Positions 32,452 to 41,848 of a DNA stretch of 45,443 nucleotides are shown piece by piece; within the stretch, counting starts at the first letter, position 1, and each line of letters opens with the position of its first letter. This DNA is from Deltaproteobacteria bacterium. Its GTDB lineage: Bacteria; Desulfobacterota; GWC2-55-46. The stretch is from contig JBBTGV010000052.1 of NCBI GenBank assembly GCA_038041305.1, forward strand, positions 1 to 45,443, read 5' to 3'. Below the pieces are notes generated by a model. It made no database searches, was not told the DNA's origin, and was given only the letters and a program-made list of their open reading frames with translations. The translations under genes were made by a program, and so were the position numbers.

Positions 32452-33180
32452 ATGGTGTTTTCAAAAGGCCTTGACTTCATAAAAAGGCTCCTGAGCGAGG
32501 CGGCTGATGAATCAAACGGCTCAATCTCCGTTACCGATGAATCGGTCATACGAAGGTTCGTTGAGGACCCGGATTTCCCGTTTCTCGTGAGTTTTCCCCG
32601 CACCGGGAGCCACTGGCTCAGGATGCTGATGGAGCTTTATTTTGAGAGGCCCTCGCTTGTGCGGGTTTTTTACTTTAAGGAAAAATCCGATTACCTGTTC
32701 CTACATACGCACGACATGGGGCTTGATGTGCGAAGAAAAAACGTAATCTATCTTTTTAGAAATCCCGCGCCTACGGTCTTTTCGCAGATGGTTTACGAGA
32801 AGGAAGATACGGATGACGCGCAAAGAATAAGGCATTGGGCTGGGTTTTACGGAAGGCATCTTAAAAAGTGGCTGATAGACGAAAAGGAAAGCGAGAGAAA
32901 GACGATTGTGCGCTATGAGGACATGTCCCGTAATCTTGAGAAAGAATTTATGAAGATAACGGCGCATTTTTCAGAGGCCTTTGACCCGGATAGGCTTAAG
33001 GCCGCGATGGAATCGGCCACAAAAGCCGAGGTCAAGAAAAAGACAACCCATGATGATAAGGTTGTAAACACGGGGGCAGGCTATGCACAAATGCGAGATG
33101 AGTTTTCAAAAAAATACGCCGGGCTGATTGAAGAAATTGTCTTCGGACAGTGCCCGGGGCTTAAAAGGTTTTTTGTTTAA
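32452..33180 (+). CDS. PAPS-dependent sulfotransferase
   Basis: The 5'-PSB loop is SFPRTGSHWLRMLM and the 3'-PB-like motif is YLFRNPAPTVFSQM (RxPxxxxxS). cysC lies in the same locus. Confidence 0.75.
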   Translation: MVFSKGLDFIKRLLSEAADESNGSISVTDESVIRRFVEDPDFPFLVSFPRTGSHWLRMLMELYFERPSLVRVFYFKEKSDYLFLHTHDMGLDVRRKNVIYLFRNPAPTVFSQMVYEKEDTDDAQRIRHWAGFYGRHLKKWLIDEKESERKTIVRYEDMSRNLEKEFMKITAHFSEAFDPDRLKAAMESATKAEVKKKTTHDDKVVNTGAGYAQMRDEFSKKYAGLIEEIVFGQCPGLKRFFV

Positions 33181-33195
33181 CAGGGGTTATTAAGA

Positions 33196-34149
33196 ATGGG
33201 CAGAGATCTCGTTATATGCATATATCAGAAATACGATTATCCGGCGCTTCTAAGGCAGACCCCCGGGGCAAAAGGCCTCTGGAACGGGGTGCGATTCAAA
33301 ATCAATTCATTTAATGAGCCCTGCGACATGCTCGTTGTGCTGAATAAATTCTACGAAGAGGTTTCGTGCGAGTGCGCTCAGGCGTGGCTTGTCGTGCAGG
33401 AGCCGCCGATTGCAGAACAGTTTCCGTGGGTCTTTGACGGGCATAGGGATTTTTCAAAGGTCTTTTCGCCGATAAGACCGTTCAGGGGGGGCGGGAAAAA
33501 ATACATACTCTCGCACGGCGCGCTCCCGTGGCATGTTGACAAGACATATGACGAGCTTAAGGCATTAAGGCCGCCCGAAAAAGACCGTTCTCTTTCATGG
33601 ATAACGACCGACAAAAAAATATTCCCCGGTCACAGGGAAAGGATGGGCTTTCTTAAGGCAATAAAAGGCGCAGGCATTGAATTTGACCTTTTCGGCAGGG
33701 GTTTTGCCCCCATAGAGGACAAATGGGACGGGCTTGCGGCATACAGGTATTCCCTCGCGATAGAGAACCACAGCGGCCCTCATTACTGGACGGAAAAAAT
33801 CGCGGATTGCTTTTTGAGCTGGACAATGCCGATTTACTACGGATGCACGAACCTGGACGACTATTTCCCGAAGGAATCGTTTGTAAGGATAGACATTTTG
33901 AGCCCTCACGCAATTGAGCAGATTAAGGATGTCGTGGAGAGCGGTGAGTATATGAAAAACAGGGATGCCATCGCATACGCAAGGGAGCTGGTGCTTGACA
34001 GATACCAGTTGTTCCCATTTATAGCAGAGGCGGCCCTTTGCCATGGCGCGGCAGGGTCTCCGGGAGGCAAACTCAGGAATTTTAGGCCCTATGGCCCAGG
34101 CATTGAGGCAAAGGTAAGGAAATATATCAGAAGATTCTATGCTTTTTAG
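33196..34149 (+). CDS. GT10-family (alpha-1,3/4-fucosyltransferase-like) glycosyltransferase
   Basis: YRYSLAIENHSGPHYWTEKIADCFLSWTMPIYYG matches the GT10 core Y(K/R)FxLAFENSxxxxYxTEKxxxxxxxxxVP(V/I)xxG. Confidence 0.7.
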   Translation: MGRDLVICIYQKYDYPALLRQTPGAKGLWNGVRFKINSFNEPCDMLVVLNKFYEEVSCECAQAWLVVQEPPIAEQFPWVFDGHRDFSKVFSPIRPFRGGGKKYILSHGALPWHVDKTYDELKALRPPEKDRSLSWITTDKKIFPGHRERMGFLKAIKGAGIEFDLFGRGFAPIEDKWDGLAAYRYSLAIENHSGPHYWTEKIADCFLSWTMPIYYGCTNLDDYFPKESFVRIDILSPHAIEQIKDVVESGEYMKNRDAIAYARELVLDRYQLFPFIAEAALCHGAAGSPGGKLRNFRPYGPGIEAKVRKYIRRFYAF

Positions 34150-35038
34150 CGTCGTTGTATGCACATACAACAGGGCAGGACTTTTAAGTTCATGTCTTGA
34201 CAGCCTTGCAGGCCAGTCGGCTGACCCTGAAACCTTTGAGGTCATAATCGTTGACAATAACTCTACGGATAAGACCCCTGAGGTTGCAAAGGCATACCTT
34301 GAAAGAAAAAACTTTAGATGCATAAGGGAGGAAAAACAGGGCTTAAGCCATGCAAGGAATGCCGGTTTTACGGTTGCAGGGGGGGAATATGCCGCATATA
34401 TTGACGACGACGCAAGGGCGGATAAAGACTGGGTTCGGGAAATGACTGAATTCACAAAGAGGAGGCCGGATGCAGTTGCCTTTGGCGGGCCGTATAGGCA
34501 TTTCTCTTTGGCTAAATTGCCGGAATGGTGCAGGGAATCGTACTTTTCATGGGGGCTTGGGGACACGGAGAGGCCCTTGCAGGCCTCGGAGTGGCTCAAT
34601 GGCACAAACATGGCATACAGGCGGACAATACTTTCAGGGCTAAATGGATTTGACGCCGGCCTGGGCATGAGGCGGTATTCAATCTCATACGGCGAGGAGA
34701 CAAGGCTTTTGTCGGAGATTAAGAGGCTGGGCCTGCCAATATACTATGTGCCGCAGATGAAGGTTGAGCATTTTGCGCCTGAATACAAACAGAGGGTCTG
34801 GTGGTTTGTAAAGTCCTCGTATGCGGGCGGCAGGGACAGCTGGAGGATATTCCGGGATAACGGAGATGGTTTTTTTAAGGTTTTAGTCCAGACGCTGAAT
34901 GCCTTGGCACGGCTCGTCTCAGGGTTTATTAAAGGCATGCTGAGAGGACTCCATTACAAAACAGCCTTTGTTGATTCATCAGCTGATTTTTTTTATCTTG
35001 CGGGAAGGTTTTTTAACATAAAAAAAAGGGGTTTTTAA
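34139..35038 (+). CDS. GT2-family glycosyltransferase
   Basis: FSVVVCTYNRAGLL, VDNNSTDKT and the DxD motif YIDDDA, with a C-terminal hydrophobic region. Confidence 0.85.
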   Translation: MLFSVVVCTYNRAGLLSSCLDSLAGQSADPETFEVIIVDNNSTDKTPEVAKAYLERKNFRCIREEKQGLSHARNAGFTVAGGEYAAYIDDDARADKDWVREMTEFTKRRPDAVAFGGPYRHFSLAKLPEWCRESYFSWGLGDTERPLQASEWLNGTNMAYRRTILSGLNGFDAGLGMRRYSISYGEETRLLSEIKRLGLPIYYVPQMKVEHFAPEYKQRVWWFVKSSYAGGRDSWRIFRDNGDGFFKVLVQTLNALARLVSGFIKGMLRGLHYKTAFVDSSADFFYLAGRFFNIKKRGF

Positions 35039-35050
35039 GGTACTAACGCA

Positions 35051-37000
35051 ATGTGCGGCATAGCCGGTATCGTGAATGCTAAAGGCGCTCCGGAGAGGGG
35101 GTTGTTAACCTCCATGTGCTCCGCGTTGGCGCACAGGGGCCCTGACGACGAGGGGGTCTTTATTGACAACACGGTCGGGCTCGGCCACCGGAGGCTTTCA
35201 ATACTGGACCTTTCAAGCGCCGGGCGCCAGCCCATGGGCTATGCAAACGGAAGATACCGGATAACATTCAACGGCGAGATATACAACTACGTAGAGATAA
35301 GGGACGAATTTAAGGCGCAGGGCCTTGAGTTCAAGTCAAGGACTGACACGGAGGTCATACTTGCGGCGTATGCCCTATTGGGGGAAAAATGCCTTGATAG
35401 GCTCCGGGGCGCGTTTGCCTTTGCGATATACGACTGCCTTGAAAAAAGGGTTTTTCTCGCAAGGGACAGGCTCGGAGAGAAGCCGCTTTATTACATGGCC
35501 GCTGAAGATTCCTTTGTCTTTGCGTCAGAATTAAAATCAATCCTTCAATATCTGCGCTTAAACGGCGCGCGCACCGAGATTGACCTTGACGCGGTGAACA
35601 TGTATTTTCACTACCAGTATGTGCCTGAGCCGTATACCTGCATAAAAGGAATCCTGAAACTGCCCGCTGGCCACACGCTCACGCTTTCCGCGAAGGATCT
35701 TTGTTTTGTGGTACGGAAATACTGGGACATTGAGGATATAGAGCCGAGGCAGGGTGCGCCTGCCTCGCTTATAAGGGAATGCTTTGACGGGCTTTCGGGG
35801 ATAATCATAAGGTCTGATATGCCCGTGGGGGTCTCGCTTTCAGGCGGCATTGACTCGTCCGCAATTGCGGCGTTCGCGGCGAGGCACTATAAGGACAACA
35901 TGCACGCATTCAGCATCGGATACCCCGGACGCCCCGGATGCGATGAACGGGGCAAGGCAGAGGCCTTTGCAAGGTCGCTTGGGCTTAAGTTCCACGACAC
36001 GGAACTCTCGGCTGACGCGCTTGCGGACGAGTTTGAAGGCATGGTCTATTTCATGGACGACCCGATCGCTGATATCGCCGCATACGGATACTTTTCCGTA
36101 AACAGGCTTGCAAGGCGGCACGGCGTGCCGGTGCTCTTAAGCGGCACCGGAGGGGACGAGCTTTTCTGGGGCTACGAATGGGTAAGGGGCGCGGTTGAAA
36201 GGAACATCCTTAAGCAAAAGGTAACCGGCAAGGAGACCGCTGACATAGGGCTAAGCTACCTTGTTGAGGCCTTCAGGGAGACGTCAAAAAAACAGATGCT
36301 CATCAACCCGTTTGCGGCGATAAGGGGTTTTCTGGAAAGGGCGGGCAAGGAGAGGGCAAAGTTTTTTAAAAACCCCGAAAGGTTCATATTCTACGACGAC
36401 ACGCCGAATTTTTCCGCGGCATCGGGGTTTTTAAGCGCCCTCTCAACAGACGCCTTCAGGCAGGGCGTAAGCGCTGAAAAACTCTTCTCGTTTTTCACAG
36501 ACGACAACTGGGACAGGATACCGATTAAGATCTGCAAGTTCCTTATGCAGACCTGGCTTTTTTCAAACTGCGTCGCGTTAAACGACAGGATGGGCATGGC
36601 GCACGGCGTTGAGACAAGGCTGCCGTTTCTGGATTACAAGCTCATTGAGCTTGTAATCGGATTAAGAAAGGCCAGCGCAGACGACTACAGGCTCGGCTAC
36701 AAGAGGTGGTTTGTTGACGCGATGAAGGGGATTGTGCCTGAGGAGATACTTGAGAGGGAGAAACAAGGGTTTACCCCGCCGTATGAGGAGTGGTTCAAGG
36801 CCATAGTTAAAAGGTTTAAAGGCCGCTGCACGCAGGGGGTTCTCGTCTCATCGGGCATTATGCGGCCCGAGGCCATGGCTGTGTTTCTTGACAGCGTCCT
36901 TTCGGACACCCTTGACACAAGAAGGCTTTTCTTTGCCTATAAGATGGTGCTCCTTGAGGTCTGGCTTAAGAGGTTTACCGGAGGCAATGCAAATGCCTAA
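35051..37000 (+). CDS. asnB: Asparagine synthase (glutamine-hydrolysing) family amidotransferase
   Basis: The N-terminal nucleophile is MCGIAGIV and the PP-loop is SLSGGIDSS. Its position in a glycan locus suggests a sugar-amidating role rather than asparagine synthesis. Confidence 0.85.
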   Translation: MCGIAGIVNAKGAPERGLLTSMCSALAHRGPDDEGVFIDNTVGLGHRRLSILDLSSAGRQPMGYANGRYRITFNGEIYNYVEIRDEFKAQGLEFKSRTDTEVILAAYALLGEKCLDRLRGAFAFAIYDCLEKRVFLARDRLGEKPLYYMAAEDSFVFASELKSILQYLRLNGARTEIDLDAVNMYFHYQYVPEPYTCIKGILKLPAGHTLTLSAKDLCFVVRKYWDIEDIEPRQGAPASLIRECFDGLSGIIIRSDMPVGVSLSGGIDSSAIAAFAARHYKDNMHAFSIGYPGRPGCDERGKAEAFARSLGLKFHDTELSADALADEFEGMVYFMDDPIADIAAYGYFSVNRLARRHGVPVLLSGTGGDELFWGYEWVRGAVERNILKQKVTGKETADIGLSYLVEAFRETSKKQMLINPFAAIRGFLERAGKERAKFFKNPERFIFYDDTPNFSAASGFLSALSTDAFRQGVSAEKLFSFFTDDNWDRIPIKICKFLMQTWLFSNCVALNDRMGMAHGVETRLPFLDYKLIELVIGLRKASADDYRLGYKRWFVDAMKGIVPEEILEREKQGFTPPYEEWFKAIVKRFKGRCTQGVLVSSGIMRPEAMAVFLDSVLSDTLDTRRLFFAYKMVLLEVWLKRFTGGNANA

Positions 37001-37892
37001 TGCACCGGTTGCGTTTTTTGCATACAAAAGGCCCAATCATGCGCTAAAAACCCTTGAATCCCTTTCAAGGTGCGCGCTCGCGGAGGATACGGCGCTATAT
37101 ATCTTCTCGGACGGGCCAAAGACCGGGAAGGACGAAGAAGGCGTAAAGGAGGTAAGGCGGGTCTTAAAAAGCCGCAGATGGTGTAAGGAGGTCCACATAA
37201 AGGAGGCGGGCGAAAACATGGGGCTTGCCAACTCCCTTATCGCCGGTATAACAGAGGTCTCAAGCCTGCGCGGAAAAGTCATTGTTGTTGAGGACGACCT
37301 CGTGCTGTCAACGCAGTTTCTGAACTACATGAACGACGCGCTTACGGTTTACGGGGACGAGGAGAAGGTCATGCAGGTTTCCGGGTTCATGTACAGGCTT
37401 AAAGGGTCTGCGCCGGAGACTTTTTTCCTGCCCTTTCCCAACTGCTGGGGATGGGCCACATGGGAGAGGGCATGGAGTTTTTTTATAAAGGACACGGGCC
37501 TCCTTATTGAGCGCGTGAAGGAGAAGGGCGTTGACGCGTTTACGGCAAACCAAAGACTTGGCTCTTTTCAGATGCTCCTTGACCAGCATGAGGGAAAACT
37601 TGATTCATGGGCAGTGAGGTGGTATGCGAGCATTTTTTTGAATGAAGGGCTTGTGCTTTATCCGAAAAGGTCCCTTGTTGAGAATATCGGGTTTGACGGC
37701 TCAGGGGTGCACTGCACAAACGAAACAGTGAGCTTTGAGCTTGCGCACGGGAGGATTGCGGTTAAAAGGCTTAAGGCCGCCGTGAACGGGCAAATGATGA
37801 AAAAGGTGCTTGATGCCAAGAATCCCGCGCCGGGCGGCCTGTCGCGGGTCATGGGCGCGCTCGGATCCGTGTTCAGGAAGAAAAACCCATGA
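36987..37892 (+). CDS. GT-A-fold glycosyltransferase (GnT-I-like), putative
   Basis: VAFFAYKRPNHALKTLESL, IFSDGPK and VVEDDLVLS (DxD-like) are present. The start is ATG 36987 or 36993, behind GGAGG and overlapping the asnB stop; the tracked 36888 start is unlikely. Confidence 0.45.
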   Translation: MQMPNAPVAFFAYKRPNHALKTLESLSRCALAEDTALYIFSDGPKTGKDEEGVKEVRRVLKSRRWCKEVHIKEAGENMGLANSLIAGITEVSSLRGKVIVVEDDLVLSTQFLNYMNDALTVYGDEEKVMQVSGFMYRLKGSAPETFFLPFPNCWGWATWERAWSFFIKDTGLLIERVKEKGVDAFTANQRLGSFQMLLDQHEGKLDSWAVRWYASIFLNEGLVLYPKRSLVENIGFDGSGVHCTNETVSFELAHGRIAVKRLKAAVNGQMMKKVLDAKNPAPGGLSRVMGALGSVFRKKNP

Positions 37893-40186
37893 TAGCCTTT
37901 GACAGGGAGGTCATACCGTTATTTTTCCTCGCAGTCAAGTCTCTCCTGAGGGGTGTCTTTGCGCCAAGCATCGTGTATCCGAGGGTCGTTAATTTTTCAG
38001 CGACAAACAAGTGCAACTACAGATGCGTAATGTGCAATGTCTGGAGGCCTGAGCATTCATCCGAAAGGGATATGACGCCCGACGAGGTCTTTAAGGTTTT
38101 TTCAAATCCTTTGTTCAAAAAGGTTAAGCATGTCGGGGTGAGCGGTGGAGAGCCTTTCATAAGAACTGATATAAGGGAGGTGTTTCAGGCCATCTGCACG
38201 GCGTTGCCAAGTCTTAAGGGGATATCCGTCATCACGAACGCGAGCGTCGGCTCAACCCCGCAAGAGCTCTCCCTGATAAAGGACGACCTTGAGAAAAGGA
38301 GCATCTCCCTTGACGTTGAGGTCTCAATAGACGGCATACAAGGCATACACGACGTAAACAGGGGTTTCAAAGGCGCGTATGAAAAGACATTCAAGACGTT
38401 TAAGGCGCTGAAGGCAGAGGGCCTTGTGCAGAGGATAAGCACAACCATTACGAAGGAAAACGTCGGAAGCCTTTTCCAGACCTACAGGCTCGCAAGGCAG
38501 GAAGGGGTCCCGATTGACTTCAGGCTTTCGTCCCTCATCAACCGCCTTTACAACAACGACATTTACGCGAACTTCAGGCTGTCCGAGGCGGACAGCCTGA
38601 AGGCGATAAAATTCCTTGAAAACATCATTTATTATCATGAGGGGAAAAACCTTTATAAAAAGCTCTTTTATCGCTCGCTCATCGGGCAACTTAAGGGAGA
38701 GGCAAGGCACAGGGGGTGCGATTACAGGACAAGCTTCGGGGTCTCAATGGACCCGTACGCAGGGCTTTATTTCTGCTTTCCGAGAAGCGCGCTCGTTGAA
38801 AACATTAAAAAAGCAGAGGGGGCCGGGCTTAGGCTTCTCAAGGAGAACGGGAAAAAACTCCTTGATACTCACGCCCACTGCGCGTCATGCACGCACGATT
38901 ACTTCGGCCTGCCCGACCCCGCCCTTGCGTACCGGTATTTTTACGACCGGTACATAAGGGGGCACCAAAACACCAAGGCGAATACGCGGGTCCTCAGAAA
39001 ACGGGGAAAATGCCAGGACCGGTCAGGCGCGGGCAGGGTTAACAAGGCCGCTATCGTAGGGTGGTACGGCACTGAAACCCTCGGAGACAAATTCATACTC
39101 AAGGGAATACTGCAAAACCTTTTCAAGGAGGGTTTCGGCCCAAGGGACATAACGCTTGTATCGCTCCATCCGACATACTCAAGGCTGACGCTACTTGAGT
39201 TCGGCCTTGAGGCCGTATCCGTGGTTGACGCATACGGCATAAAAAACGACCCGGAGTTCATCGCCTCGCAGGACGCCTTTATATTCGGAGGCGGCCCCCT
39301 GTGCGACATAGAGCCCATGGTGGACATGCTCACGATATTTGAAAACGCAAAGAGGCTCGGTAAAAAGACGTTCATATACGCGGCGGGCATCGGGCCCCTT
39401 AAGGAGAAAAGATACATTGAGGCGCTGAACAGACTCCTTGAATGCACCGACAGGTTTTCATTCAGGGATTCCCTCTGCGTTAATAAATACAGGGCAATAT
39501 TGCCAAGGCTTGCCGGGGCCGGCGACAGGACATTCATTGACCCCGCGACGAACTATATCCGCGCGGCGAGGGACAAGACGGGCCGCGAACCGGCGGTTAA
39601 GGAGAGATACGCGCTTTTCAGCTTCAGGGACTGGCTCTACATGTATGCGGACGGTCTTACAAAAAAGGAGTTTGAGGAAAAGAACACAAGATACGAAGAC
39701 AATATGCAGGCGCTTATTGAAAAGACCTTGTCCATGGGCTTTAAGGCCGTGCTTTTTCCCATGAGTACTTTTTACATAGGGGGCGACGACAGGGAGTATT
39801 ATCTTCAATTCCTGAAAAGGTTCAAGGCCGCGGGCGATATCATCCTTGTTGACCACGAATACGCCCCTGAAGAGGCGCTCAATTACTTTAAGCATGCCGC
39901 GTTCTCCGTGTGCCTGAGGTACCATTCCATCGTAAGCTCAATTGCGATGAACACCCCGTGCATCGCCATTGAGTATCACTACGGAGGCGGCAAGATCAGC
40001 GGTTTCATGGAAGGGCTCGGTCTGATGGATCACGTCTATTCAGTGGATGCGTTCGCGGCCTCTGGGCCGGAAAAACTCATAGGCAGGGCGCTTTCCATGA
40101 GATTTGACTGGGGCAAGGTCAACGGCGTTATTGACGAAAAAAACGATTCCCTTTTTGAATACATGAGGCTAAATGGGCATGTTTGA
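37889..40186 (+). CDS. Fusion protein: radical SAM (with SPASM/twitch-like Cys cluster) plus polysaccharide pyruvyl transferase
   Basis: The N-terminal half has NKCNYRCVMCNV (CxxxCxxC), GGEPF and a downstream Cys set GCDY...YFCF...HCASC. The C-terminal half, from about nt 39040, has AAIVGWYGTETLGDKFILKGIL...FIFGGGPL, typical of PS_pyruv_trans (CsaB/WcaK type). It is one uninterrupted 765-codon frame. Confidence 0.7.
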   Translation: MIAFDREVIPLFFLAVKSLLRGVFAPSIVYPRVVNFSATNKCNYRCVMCNVWRPEHSSERDMTPDEVFKVFSNPLFKKVKHVGVSGGEPFIRTDIREVFQAICTALPSLKGISVITNASVGSTPQELSLIKDDLEKRSISLDVEVSIDGIQGIHDVNRGFKGAYEKTFKTFKALKAEGLVQRISTTITKENVGSLFQTYRLARQEGVPIDFRLSSLINRLYNNDIYANFRLSEADSLKAIKFLENIIYYHEGKNLYKKLFYRSLIGQLKGEARHRGCDYRTSFGVSMDPYAGLYFCFPRSALVENIKKAEGAGLRLLKENGKKLLDTHAHCASCTHDYFGLPDPALAYRYFYDRYIRGHQNTKANTRVLRKRGKCQDRSGAGRVNKAAIVGWYGTETLGDKFILKGILQNLFKEGFGPRDITLVSLHPTYSRLTLLEFGLEAVSVVDAYGIKNDPEFIASQDAFIFGGGPLCDIEPMVDMLTIFENAKRLGKKTFIYAAGIGPLKEKRYIEALNRLLECTDRFSFRDSLCVNKYRAILPRLAGAGDRTFIDPATNYIRAARDKTGREPAVKERYALFSFRDWLYMYADGLTKKEFEEKNTRYEDNMQALIEKTLSMGFKAVLFPMSTFYIGGDDREYYLQFLKRFKAAGDIILVDHEYAPEEALNYFKHAAFSVCLRYHSIVSSIAMNTPCIAIEYHYGGGKISGFMEGLGLMDHVYSVDAFAASGPEKLIGRALSMRFDWGKVNGVIDEKNDSLFEYMRLNGHV

Positions 40187-40862
40187 CGAAATAGCGAAAA
40201 GGATTGCGCTTAAGTTCAGAACACCTGTCCTCTTTAACGACCTAAAGAGGACAGGCCCGGTAAGCAGGTCTTTCGGGTTTGACAGGGGCACGCCCGTTGA
40301 CAGGCATTATATCGACGGATTCCTCGCCGGGAAAAAGGACCTCATAAGGGGCCGGGTGCTTGAGGTGGCCGAGGCCCGTTACGCCGGGCGGTTCGGGTCA
40401 GGGGCGGTTGCCGGCATAGACGTCCTGCACATAGAGAAAAAAGAAGGGGCAACGATTACAGGCGACCTTGCAAGCCCTGAAACGCTTCCGCAGGCAGTTG
40501 CGGACTGTTTTATATGCACGCAGACGCTGCATTGCATATTTGACGTCAAGGCCGCTGTCCTCGGCGCGCACAAGATGCTCAGGCCCGGCGGGGTGATCCT
40601 TGCAACGCTGCCAGGCATAAGCCAGATAAGCAGGTATGACATGGACCGCTGGGGCGATTACTGGAGGTTTACGAGCGCGTCCGCGCAAAAACTCTTTTCG
40701 CCTATATTCAAGGGCGGCCTTGAGATTGAGGTGTTCGGGAACTGCCTTTCAGCGTGTGCAATGCTGCAGGGTGTTGCGGTTGAAGACCTGCCGGATAAAA
40801 AAGCGCTTGACGATGTTGACAGGGACTACGAGGTCATAATAGGGGTTGTTGCGAGGAAATAA
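40173..40862 (+). CDS. Class I SAM-dependent methyltransferase
   Basis: RVLEVAE...DVLHIEKKEGATITGDL...CFICTQTLHCIFDVKAAVLGAHKMLRPGGVILATLPGISQ follows the Methyltransf_11/23-type layout common in O-antigen loci. Confidence 0.7.
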   Translation: MGMFDEIAKRIALKFRTPVLFNDLKRTGPVSRSFGFDRGTPVDRHYIDGFLAGKKDLIRGRVLEVAEARYAGRFGSGAVAGIDVLHIEKKEGATITGDLASPETLPQAVADCFICTQTLHCIFDVKAAVLGAHKMLRPGGVILATLPGISQISRYDMDRWGDYWRFTSASAQKLFSPIFKGGLEIEVFGNCLSACAMLQGVAVEDLPDKKALDDVDRDYEVIIGVVARK

Positions 40863-40866
40863 GAAG

Positions 40867-41826
40867 ATGCTCCATCCGGTAAGGTTCGGTAAGCGTTTAA
40901 TCAAAAAGGCCGCCGGCGCGATTGACGCGCCCGTTGTCGTGCTCCTCTATCACAGGGTCGCGTCCCTTGAGAAGGACAACCAGCTTTTGGCCGTATCAGA
41001 GGGGCGTTTTTCAGCCCACTTGAGGCATATTAAGGAGAATTTCAACATCGTGCGCTTTGACGGCGACTGGTCTAACATAAAAAAACCGTCCGTCGCGATA
41101 ACGTTTGACGACGGCTACGCGGACAATTTTCTGAACGCCCTGCCTTTGCTCGCCGAGGCGCAGGCGCACGCGACCTTCTTTGCAACGTCAGGCATGATCG
41201 GCGCAAAAAAAGAATTTTGGTGGGACGAGCTTGAGGCGATCCTCTTCAATGAGGAGGCGCCGCCAGGGCGCCTTGATCTGAAAAGCGGCGATTTAAAGCT
41301 CTCGTGTCCGTCTGGCACGGGCGCGGAAAAAAAGGCGCTATACCTCAAGCTCCAGCCCCTTATGAAAAACCTTTTTCCGCTGAAAAGAGAGGGCCTGCTT
41401 GATGAATTAAGGCGGTGGGCCGGGGTCAGGCCTTTTTTGAGGGAGAGCCACAGGCCCATGACCGTTCAAGAGCTTAGGGTCCTCGCAAAAAGCACGTTTG
41501 CGTCAATCGGCTCCCACGGCATAACGCACACCCCGTTTTCAGTCCTTTCCCCTGAAGACCAAAGGCTTGAATTGGAAGGCTCAAAAAAGGAAATTGAGCA
41601 GTGGATCGGGAAAGAGGTTTTGACATTTTCTTATCCGTTCGGAGGCAGGCCTGATTATACAAAGGACTCTCCCCTGTTATGCAAAAATGCCGGGTACATA
41701 AGGGCCGCGGCGAATACCCCGGGGCAGGCGCACTCATGGACGGGGCAGTTTGAAGTCCCAAGACACATTGTAAGGGACTGGGGTCTTGATGAGTTCAGAA
41801 AAAGGCTGAATGGTTTTTTTCAATGA
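40867..41826 (+). CDS. Polysaccharide deacetylase (NodB-homology) family protein
   Basis: VAITFDDGYADNF (TFDD motif) and SHGITH are present. ATG 40867 behind GAGGA is preferred to the tracked TTG 40846. Confidence 0.8.
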   Translation: MLHPVRFGKRLIKKAAGAIDAPVVVLLYHRVASLEKDNQLLAVSEGRFSAHLRHIKENFNIVRFDGDWSNIKKPSVAITFDDGYADNFLNALPLLAEAQAHATFFATSGMIGAKKEFWWDELEAILFNEEAPPGRLDLKSGDLKLSCPSGTGAEKKALYLKLQPLMKNLFPLKREGLLDELRRWAGVRPFLRESHRPMTVQELRVLAKSTFASIGSHGITHTPFSVLSPEDQRLELEGSKKEIEQWIGKEVLTFSYPFGGRPDYTKDSPLLCKNAGYIRAAANTPGQAHSWTGQFEVPRHIVRDWGLDEFRKRLNGFFQ

Positions 41827-41848
41827 ACCCCGAAAGGGGAATAAAAAG

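Noticed and set aside
33595-34668. 357-aa minus-strand ORF, one of the longest in this part of the track
   Set aside because: It lies entirely antisense to the well-supported GT10 and GT2 genes. It has no recognisable motif, its composition mirrors the sense genes, and it has no Shine-Dalgarno sequence. I treat it as a shadow ORF.
38941-39537. 198-aa minus-strand ORF (and 38324..38710, 39458..39925)
   Set aside because: These are antisense to the radical-SAM/pyruvyl-transferase fusion and carry no motifs.
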